A stretch of 64,000 nucleotides of DNA from Candidatus Eiseniibacteriota bacterium (lineage in GTDB: Bacteria; Eisenbacteria; RBG-16-71-46; CAVPCR01). Numbering within the stretch: the stretch's first letter is position 1; the number at the start of each line of letters is the position of its first letter. The stretch spans positions 460,506 to 524,505 of the forward strand of contig CAWGMA010000003.1 of assembly GCA_963823555.1 (NCBI GenBank), given 5' to 3'. The notes beneath the pieces are model-generated. The model did not search any database, was not told the origin of the DNA, and saw only the letters and a program-made list of their open reading frames with translations. Both the position numbers and the translations under genes were made by a program. This document shows, in pieces, positions 12,751 through 20,305 of this stretch.

Positions 12751-14625
12751 ATGCGCCTGCCAGGGTCTCTACGGTGGGTTTCCGGCTTCAATGCCGTGCT
12801 CGAGCGCTTGCCGGGACCGGTGTGGGCGGTGGCGGGGGCGGTGCTGGCTCTTGCCTTTCTCCTTCTCGCTTGCCGCGGCGCGCCGGTCGGCACCGCCGTC
12901 GCGGACGACTACGCCTACCTCGGAAAGCTGCTCTTTGCCGGGAAAATCGACCTCTTCGATTCGATGGGATCGCCCTTCTACTGGCGCCCGCTGAGCCGGC
13001 AGGTCTACTTCTCCGCGGTCGGCCCCTGGCTCAGGGTGGCGCCCTGGGGGGCGGTGGCCTTGCATGCCACGATGCTGCTTCTCATCTACGCCGTCATCTA
13101 CCGGACGGCAAGGCGCATCTTCTCGCCGCCGGTGGCGGCCGCCATGGCGGGTTTTCCTCTGCTCGCCGAGCCGACGCGCGTGCTCCTGGCGTGGCCCAGC
13201 GGGGCGCATTATCTGTTGCTCCTCCTCGCCGCGGCGGCGGCGCTCGCCGCCGGCTTCGCCGGCAAGCGCTTGCCGGCAGCGCTCGCCGCGGGTGCGGCGC
13301 TCCTCGCTCATGAGTCTGGGCTGCTCGTCCTGGCCGCGCTGCCGGTGGCGGCCTATTTCCATTCGCACGAGCGCCGGCGGGTCCAGAGCTGGGCCCTTCT
13401 CGCCGTGGTCATCGGCGTCGCGTGGGCTGCGGGGATCGGAGTGGCGCGGGCACACGGCGTGAGCTGGCCTGCCGGCGGTGATGCCGCAGTCAGCGCGTGG
13501 TCCTCGGCGCCACGGGTTCTCATGGAGAGCCTCTCCGCACAACTCAACTTCGAGGACCTTCGCGGCGTCGACCGCATCATCCTGCTCTCGTCGTACGGCG
13601 TGCTCATCCTCGCCGCGCTGGTGGCCGCCGCCGAAGCCGGGGCGCGGGCCCGACTGCGGCGGCAGGCTCCTCTCCTCCTCGGTGGGCTCATCTGGTTTGT
13701 CGCCGGCTCCCTCCCGCAGGTTGTCGTGCCGCCGTGGAATTCATGGCGGACCACGCTGCCGGCGCTCGGATTGGGAGTGGCTGCGACCTCGGCGGCCGGC
13801 GCTCTGCACCCGGGTCTTGCTGTGGGCCTGGCTGCCAGCCGCGGTCTCGGCCTCCTCCTGGCGGAACCGGCGCCCACCGTGGTCGCGACCGAGCCGCCAT
13901 CATCAGCCTCGCAGATCTCCTTCACGCGGCTCGCGCGTCTGCAGCGCACCGTTCGGGCCACGGAGCGCGCGCTCCTCGGGCGCCATGCGGAGCTGCCGCC
14001 GGGTGCGGACGTTCGCTACTGGGCCATGCCGCGGATGACCGAACTCGCCTTTCTCGGCCAGGCGGCGCCGCGCGTGTGGTACGGCGACTCGACCCTGACC
14101 TGGCTCGGATTCGGCGGCGACCAGGGGTTCCGGCGCCGCCCGCCCGACGCGATCGTGCAGTTCAGCCCTGATCGACGCGATTCCGAGCTCGCCGTGGTCA
14201 TCGAGCCCGAGGCGTTCCGCTTCTACGCCGGGGCGCGTATCGCCTTCAACAACGAGCAGGACCGGCTGGCCGATTCGCTGTTCACGCGTGCCGCACGCGC
14301 CCAGCCGCGTCTGGCGCCTGAGTATCTGGCCTGCGTGGCGCGCGATCAGGCTCGTCTTGCCTACAACCAGGGTGAGCTCGCCCGCGCCGACTCGCTGAAT
14401 CAGCTCGATCTGCGCTACGGCGGAGAGACTCCCTATCATGCGGCGCTCGCCGCGCATATCGCCTACCAGCGCGGCGATCGAGGGGCCGCGCGGCGCTGGC
14501 TCCGGGTCTGTCTGTCGCTGGATCCGAATCATCCCGAGGGACGCCAGCTCGCGCAGGCGATGGGGTTGACGCCGATATTCGCCGACCCCGGCGCCGAGGG
14601 CAGAGCGTTGCCGCCGGGTCCGTAG
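12751..14625 (+). CDS. Polytopic membrane protein with C-terminal TPR-like region (hypothetical)
   Basis: About 10 predicted TM helices, then an Ala/Arg-rich repeat region (ARADSLNQLDLRYGG...HIAYQRGDRGAARRW). The annotated ORF start at 12571 overlaps tyrS, so the ATG at 12751 is preferred. Confidence 0.5.
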   Translation: MRLPGSLRWVSGFNAVLERLPGPVWAVAGAVLALAFLLLACRGAPVGTAVADDYAYLGKLLFAGKIDLFDSMGSPFYWRPLSRQVYFSAVGPWLRVAPWGAVALHATMLLLIYAVIYRTARRIFSPPVAAAMAGFPLLAEPTRVLLAWPSGAHYLLLLLAAAAALAAGFAGKRLPAALAAGAALLAHESGLLVLAALPVAAYFHSHERRRVQSWALLAVVIGVAWAAGIGVARAHGVSWPAGGDAAVSAWSSAPRVLMESLSAQLNFEDLRGVDRIILLSSYGVLILAALVAAAEAGARARLRRQAPLLLGGLIWFVAGSLPQVVVPPWNSWRTTLPALGLGVAATSAAGALHPGLAVGLAASRGLGLLLAEPAPTVVATEPPSSASQISFTRLARLQRTVRATERALLGRHAELPPGADVRYWAMPRMTELAFLGQAAPRVWYGDSTLTWLGFGGDQGFRRRPPDAIVQFSPDRRDSELAVVIEPEAFRFYAGARIAFNNEQDRLADSLFTRAARAQPRLAPEYLACVARDQARLAYNQGELARADSLNQLDLRYGGETPYHAALAAHIAYQRGDRGAARRWLRVCLSLDPNHPEGRQLAQAMGLTPIFADPGAEGRALPPGP

Positions 14626-14676
14626 GCAAGGTCCGGCCTCTGGCGGCGCTCGCCTCGAGAAGAGCGCCTCGAGCCG

Positions 14677-17298
14677 CTAGCGCGCGAGTACGAGGCGCTG
14701 GGTCATCACCACGCCCGGCGCTTCGATCCGTGCGAAGTAGATCCCCGAGCCCAGGCCGAGCTTTCCGGCATCGATCACCAGAACATGCGTTCCGCGCTCG
14801 ACCGGGCGGTCGAGGAGCGTGGCTCTGGCGCGCCCGGTCACGTCGATGACCCGGACCGTGACCGGAGCGGAAGCGTCGATGGCGAAGCGGAGCGTCGTCG
14901 TCGACGTGAAGGGATTCGGGGAAGGGGTGAGAAGCGTGAGCCCGGGACTCGGAACCGGCGGGAGGTCGGTGACAGCGTTCGAGGGATCGATGAGCGGGCG
15001 CTCGTAGACCCCGTTGCCGTGCGTGGCGGCGCGCAGCAGGCGACCGGTCGGGGGCGCCGTCCTTATGTAGACGACGGAAAGATCCATCACGATCGCCGGT
15101 CCCGGCATGCCGCTGACGAATTCCTGCCAGTTCTCGCCGCCGTCGGTCGAGGCATAGACGCCGAGGTCGTTCCCGAAGTAGAGGTGGTCGCGGTAATCGG
15201 GATCGATGGCGATGGCCGAGGAGGGGACATCGGGGAGCGCCGTGCTGAGATCGGTCCACGTGGTACCGGCATCGGTGGTACGAAAGAGATGACCGGTGCC
15301 GAAGCCCGAGAACACCGCGTACGCGATCTCGTGGTTCACCGGATCGACGGCGAGGTCGACCGGGTAGCGATCGGGCAGCGTCCCGGTCACGTCCTGCCAG
15401 TTCTCGCCGCCGTCGGTGGTCAGGAAGATGCGGGCGCGCGATTCGACGGGCGCCGTACTGACATAGACCCAGTCGGGTGATGTCGATGAGATGCCCATCG
15501 CCAGCGCGGGGTTGCCGTCGAGCGGGGCCTCGTCGTTGGTCGGCGTCCAGTTCTGGCCGCCGTCCGTCGATCGGTAGATCTTGGTGCGTCCCGCGTACAT
15601 GATCTCCGGAGCCGCCGGCGAGAGGAGATAGGGCGCGATGAAGGCCGGGGTCTCGGTACCCATGCCGGCGGTCGCCGTCTCCCAGGTCGCGCCGCCGTCG
15701 GTCGAGCGCCAGATGCGCAGGTACTGAGCTGATCCGTAGAGGATGTCGGGATTTCCGGGATGCATGGCGGTCCAGGCCCCATCGCCCCCGATGAGCTTCC
15801 GGCGCCACGACACCGATCCCTCGTAGAGATTGGTCCAGCTGTCTTGAAGGCCGCCGATCGCCAGGCTCTGGTCCAGTGCGGACGATGTGAAGCCGTTGTA
15901 GAACTGCGCGGACTGGTAGCCGCCGTTGCGTCCCTCGAAGGTCTGCCCGCCGTCGGTGCTCAGGAACACACCGCCATCGGTGCCGAAGTAGAGCGTGTCG
16001 GGGCGTGCCGGATCGTGGATCACGAAGTGATGATCGGCGTGCGCGTAGTCGGGCGGGCCCTCGGGCTCGCCCGCCGGGACGATACCGGTGTACGCCTGGT
16101 CCGAGTAGGAGACCGCTTGCAGCTGGCGCCCGCCATGCGTCGAGCGCCAGATATTGAGCCCGCCGCACAGGACGAGCGTCGAGTCATTGGGGTCGACGTG
16201 TACCCAGTGCGAGTACCAGCCCTGGTAGGAGGCGTAGTTGGTGGGGTTCAGGCGCTGCCAGCTATCGCCGAAATCGGTCGACCGGTAGAGCCCGAGGCCG
16301 GCTTCCGCATTGGCGAGGCTCGCGTAGACGACGTTCGGGCTCGCCTCGTAGATGTCGAGCCAGCCCTTCCCGGACCACTCCTCCGGAAGCCCGTCGGCGA
16401 GCCGCTCCCAGGTGGCGCCGGCGTTGGTGGAACGATAGAGGCCGGTGCCGGGGCTCCCGAGATCGCCACAGGCGACATAGACGCGATCGGGGTTCGAAGC
16501 ATCGATGACGACGTGCATCGCCATCAGCACATCGTGCACCTCTACCCAGCTCGCCCCGCCGTCGGTCGTCTTGTAGACGCCCTCGGTGGTGCCGGCATAC
16601 ACGATGTCGGGATCGGTGGGGTGCATGGCGAGCGAGGCGACACCACGCTTCTGGTTGTAGGACCAGTCGAGCGAGTGGTTCCAGGTCTGGCCGCCGTCGG
16701 TGGTCTTCAGGATGCCGATGCCGTAGGAGCCGCGGGTCAAGCGGATGGCGAGCCCGCCGAGCGCGTTCTGGTAGCCGTAGACCTCACCGGTCCCGATGAA
16801 GAGGGTGTTGGAGTCCTGGGGAGCGATGGCGATCGAGCTGACGCCGAGGACAGGGAAGCCGGTGTCGACGAGATCCCAGGCATCGGCTCCGACGCCGGTG
16901 TTGAAGGTGCGCCAGAGCCCGCCGGAGGCGGCACCCGCCCACAGGGTCCGGGGGTTCTGGGGGTTCATGGCGACGGCGAGGGTGCGGCCGCCGATGTTGT
17001 GCGGCCCGATCTCCTGCCAGGGATCGACGCCGCCGTCGGCGCGGTCGAGGGCGCCCCCGGCGAGCATCGCCTTGGAGTAGGCGAAGGCGGCGGCGTGGCC
17101 GACGTCGGGGATCACCTTCCCCGGATACGCGCGGGCGTTCGCCCAGAATTCGAGAGCGGCGAGGGCCTCGCTCGGCGAGGTCGGAGGAGCCGGGTCGCGG
17201 CTCGACTCACGCGGGGATGCGTACCGGGCCGCCACGGCGGCCACCATGACGGCGACGGCGAGCCGTAGCGCCGGCGATGTGCGAGGGCCGCCCAGCAT
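14677..17298 (-). CDS. Secreted BNR/Asp-box repeat beta-propeller protein (GH74/sortilin-Vps10-like) with T9SS C-terminal sorting domain, paralog A
   Basis: 873 aa, N-terminal signal peptide. About 11 Asp-box motifs (S/T-x-D-x-G-x-T/S-W). C-terminal about 80 aa match the Por_Secre_tail pattern (PNPF...TLRF...V.V.D..GR....L......G.......G...GIYF.R......T.RLVL). Confidence 0.8.
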   Translation of the reverse strand: MLGGPRTSPALRLAVAVMVAAVAARYASPRESSRDPAPPTSPSEALAALEFWANARAYPGKVIPDVGHAAAFAYSKAMLAGGALDRADGGVDPWQEIGPHNIGGRTLAVAMNPQNPRTLWAGAASGGLWRTFNTGVGADAWDLVDTGFPVLGVSSIAIAPQDSNTLFIGTGEVYGYQNALGGLAIRLTRGSYGIGILKTTDGGQTWNHSLDWSYNQKRGVASLAMHPTDPDIVYAGTTEGVYKTTDGGASWVEVHDVLMAMHVVIDASNPDRVYVACGDLGSPGTGLYRSTNAGATWERLADGLPEEWSGKGWLDIYEASPNVVYASLANAEAGLGLYRSTDFGDSWQRLNPTNYASYQGWYSHWVHVDPNDSTLVLCGGLNIWRSTHGGRQLQAVSYSDQAYTGIVPAGEPEGPPDYAHADHHFVIHDPARPDTLYFGTDGGVFLSTDGGQTFEGRNGGYQSAQFYNGFTSSALDQSLAIGGLQDSWTNLYEGSVSWRRKLIGGDGAWTAMHPGNPDILYGSAQYLRIWRSTDGGATWETATAGMGTETPAFIAPYLLSPAAPEIMYAGRTKIYRSTDGGQNWTPTNDEAPLDGNPALAMGISSTSPDWVYVSTAPVESRARIFLTTDGGENWQDVTGTLPDRYPVDLAVDPVNHEIAYAVFSGFGTGHLFRTTDAGTTWTDLSTALPDVPSSAIAIDPDYRDHLYFGNDLGVYASTDGGENWQEFVSGMPGPAIVMDLSVVYIRTAPPTGRLLRAATHGNGVYERPLIDPSNAVTDLPPVPSPGLTLLTPSPNPFTSTTTLRFAIDASAPVTVRVIDVTGRARATLLDRPVERGTHVLVIDAGKLGLGSGIYFARIEAPGVVMTQRLVLAR
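16428..17145. repeat. 718-bp exact direct repeat, copy 1 (inside BNR paralog A)
   Basis: Identical base for base to 19112..19829 at an offset of 2684 bp. Spot-checked at six places across the block. Flanks diverge on both sides. Confidence 0.85.
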
Positions 17299-17381
17299 GG
17301 GGTCTCACTCCTCAGTGCTTCCGGACGAGGACCCTCTGCCGCTTGTCCGCGATGGCAGAGCGGCAGAGGGTCCCGTCGTTC

Positions 17382-19988
17382 CTAGCGGGCGAGGACGAGG
17401 CGCTGGCTCTGAACCTCGCCTCGCGCCTCGACGCGCGCGATGTACACGCCGGCCGCCAGCCCGAGCCGGCTGGCATCGAGCACCACCCTGTGTTCGCCGC
17501 TCTCGACCCGACCATCCAGGAGCGTGGCCACGGCGCGTCCGGTGACGTCATAGACGTGCACCGAAACCGGCATCGCCCGATCGACGGCGAAGCGGATCGT
17601 GGTGGCACCGGCGAACGGATTCGGTGTGGCCGCGAAGAGACGGAGCCCGGCGGCGGGAGCCGCTTCCGGCTCGCCCATCCCCGCGCTCGGGTCGATGAGC
17701 GGGCGCTCGTAGACGCCGTTGCCGTGGGTAACGGCTCGGATCCGGCGCTCCAGGCGCACCACCGAGAGATCCATCACGATGGAGGCCGAGGGCATGCCGA
17801 GCATGTATTCCTGCCAGGTCTGGCCGGCGTCGGTGGAGGCGTAGACGCCGACATCGTTCCCGAAGTAGAGGACGTTCGGATAGTCGGGATCGACCAGGAT
17901 GGCGGAGGAAGGCACATCGGGAAGCGCCGCGCTCAGATCCGACCATGATGCGCCGGCATCGGTGGTGCGAAAGAGATGGCCGGTGCCGAAACCGGAGAAG
18001 GCGACATAGGCAATCGTGTGGTCGACCGGATCGACGGCGATGTCCACCGGGTAGCGATCGGGGAGGCTTCCCGTCACGTTGGTCCAGGACGCACCGCTAT
18101 TGGTCGTCAGGAACACCCCGGCCCTCGTGCTCGTGGGCGCGGTACCGACATACACCCAGTCGGGCGAGAGCTGGGAGATGCCCATCGCCAGCGCCATGTT
18201 GCCGTCGAGCGGCAGGTTCGAGTTCGTCGCGGACCAGCTCGAGGCGCCGTTCGACGTGCGGTAGATCTTGGTCCGTCCTGCATACATGATGTTGGGCACA
18301 GCCGGCGACAGCACGTAGGGAGCCGCGAACGCCACGTCATCGCTGCCGATTCCCGAGGTGGCGCTCGCGAACGTCTGACCGGTGTTGGTCGATTTGCGGA
18401 TGGCGAGGTACTGCGAGGTTCCGAACATGATGTTGGTCTGGAGCGGATGCATGGCCGTCCAGCAGCCGTCGCCCCCGATCACGCGCCGCCAGCCGAGGTT
18501 GCCCTCGTAGATCGCCGTCGCGTTGTCCTGCATGCCGCCGATCGCCAGGTTGTTGTCGAGGAGCGCGCTCGAGAAACCGTTGTAGAACTGGGTCGACTGG
18601 TAGCCGCCGTTGTGTCCCTCGAAGGTCTGCCCGCCGTTGGTGCTCAGGAACACACCGCCATCGGTGCCGAAGTAGAGCGTGTCGGGGCGTGCTGGATCGT
18701 GGATCACGGAGTGATGATCGGCGTGCGCGTAGTTGGGCGGACCCTCGGGGCCGCCGGGCGGCACGTTGCCGAAATACCAGGCGCTCCAGTCCGAAACCCG
18801 GCTCAGGGTGCGCCCCCCGTTCGTCGAGCGGAAGATGTCGACTCCGGCGCAGAGAACATAGGTCGAGTCGGTGGGGTCGACGTGTACCCAGTGCGAGTAC
18901 CAGCCCTGGTAGGTGGCGTAGTTGGTCGAGTTCAGGAATTGCCAGCTATCGCCGTAGTCGATGGAGCGATAGAGCCCGATCCCGGACTCCGCATTGGCGA
19001 GGCTCGCGTAGACGACGTTCGGGCTCGCCTCGTAGATGTCGAGCCAGCCCTTCCCGGACCAGGTCGAGGGGAGCCCGGTCGAGAGCTGCGTCCAGTTCTG
19101 GCCGGCGTTGGTGGAGCGATAGAGGCCGGTGCCGGGGCTCCCGAGATCGCCACAGGCGACATAGACGCGATCGGGGTTCGAAGCATCGATGACGACGTGC
19201 ATCGCCATCAGCACATCGTGCACCTCTACCCAGCTCGCCCCGCCGTCGGTCGTCTTGTAGACGCCCTCGGTGGTGCCGGCATACACGATGTCGGGATCGG
19301 TGGGGTGCATGGCGAGCGAGGCGACACCACGCTTCTGGTTGTAGGACCAGTCGAGCGAGTGGTTCCAGGTCTGGCCGCCGTCGGTGGTCTTCAGGATGCC
19401 GATGCCGTAGGAGCCGCGGGTCAAGCGGATGGCGAGCCCGCCGAGCGCGTTCTGGTAGCCGTAGACCTCACCGGTCCCGATGAAGAGGGTGTTGGAGTCC
19501 TGGGGAGCGATGGCGATCGAGCTGACGCCGAGGACAGGGAAGCCGGTGTCGACGAGATCCCAGGCATCGGCTCCGACGCCGGTGTTGAAGGTGCGCCAGA
19601 GCCCGCCGGAGGCGGCACCCGCCCACAGGGTCCGGGGGTTCTGGGGGTTCATGGCGACGGCGAGGGTGCGGCCGCCGATGTTGTGCGGCCCGATCTCCTG
19701 CCAGGGATCGACGCCGCCGTCGGCGCGGTCGAGGGCGCCCCCGGCGAGCATCGCCTTGGAGTAGGCGAAGGCGGCGGCGTGGCCGACGTCGGGGATCACC
19801 TTCCCCGGATACGCGCGGGCGTTCGCCCACAGCTCGAGAGCATGGAGGGCTCCGCTGGCGCGCTTGGTCTTGGCGATGGGGGTCGTGGCCGGGGCCATGA
19901 TCACAGCTCCCATGACGGCCACAGCGGCGACCACGGCAAGACCCACGGCCAGGCCTGCGCGGCGGGGCGAACCCGGGCGGTCAGACAT
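17382..19988 (-). CDS. Secreted BNR/Asp-box repeat beta-propeller protein with T9SS C-terminal sorting domain, paralog B
   Basis: 868 aa. Same architecture as paralog A. Residues about 50-290 are identical to paralog A (718 bp of identical DNA) and the rest is about 70% identical. Confidence 0.8.
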   Translation of the reverse strand: MSDRPGSPRRAGLAVGLAVVAAVAVMGAVIMAPATTPIAKTKRASGALHALELWANARAYPGKVIPDVGHAAAFAYSKAMLAGGALDRADGGVDPWQEIGPHNIGGRTLAVAMNPQNPRTLWAGAASGGLWRTFNTGVGADAWDLVDTGFPVLGVSSIAIAPQDSNTLFIGTGEVYGYQNALGGLAIRLTRGSYGIGILKTTDGGQTWNHSLDWSYNQKRGVASLAMHPTDPDIVYAGTTEGVYKTTDGGASWVEVHDVLMAMHVVIDASNPDRVYVACGDLGSPGTGLYRSTNAGQNWTQLSTGLPSTWSGKGWLDIYEASPNVVYASLANAESGIGLYRSIDYGDSWQFLNSTNYATYQGWYSHWVHVDPTDSTYVLCAGVDIFRSTNGGRTLSRVSDWSAWYFGNVPPGGPEGPPNYAHADHHSVIHDPARPDTLYFGTDGGVFLSTNGGQTFEGHNGGYQSTQFYNGFSSALLDNNLAIGGMQDNATAIYEGNLGWRRVIGGDGCWTAMHPLQTNIMFGTSQYLAIRKSTNTGQTFASATSGIGSDDVAFAAPYVLSPAVPNIMYAGRTKIYRTSNGASSWSATNSNLPLDGNMALAMGISQLSPDWVYVGTAPTSTRAGVFLTTNSGASWTNVTGSLPDRYPVDIAVDPVDHTIAYVAFSGFGTGHLFRTTDAGASWSDLSAALPDVPSSAILVDPDYPNVLYFGNDVGVYASTDAGQTWQEYMLGMPSASIVMDLSVVRLERRIRAVTHGNGVYERPLIDPSAGMGEPEAAPAAGLRLFAATPNPFAGATTIRFAVDRAMPVSVHVYDVTGRAVATLLDGRVESGEHRVVLDASRLGLAAGVYIARVEARGEVQSQRLVLAR
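19112..19829. repeat. 718-bp exact direct repeat, copy 2 (inside BNR paralog B)
   Basis: Identical to 16428..17145. Confidence 0.85.
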
Positions 19989-20305
19989 CGGAGTTCCTCC
20001 TGGGGGATGGCTTTGGGAGCCCGGCTCCCCGCGATGGCGGCCCGGGGACGATGGCGGGTTGGAGGGACGCGGGACCCGTCCCGCTATTCGGCTTCCCGAT
20101 CATAGCATGGCGCCCACGCGCGAGATGCGGTATACTCACCGGTGCTGGTTGGCGGCCATGTTCCGGGTGGTCCCGGCGGCCAGCGCCCCTCGAGAGTCCC
20201 CTGGTCCCTCTCCGTTCGCGATTCGCTTTCCAGCCGCGTTCGAGATAGCCGGGTCCGTTTGGCCCGGAAAAGGGCCCCCGAGCCGAAAGCACTTGGAGGA
20301 ACCTG

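Noticed and set aside
14282-16168. 628-aa and other long alternate-frame ORFs (15760-17268, 17976-20105) overlapping the BNR genes
   Set aside because: Alternate frames of GC-rich coding DNA. The minus-strand frames contain the Asp-box repeats and C-terminal sorting domains.
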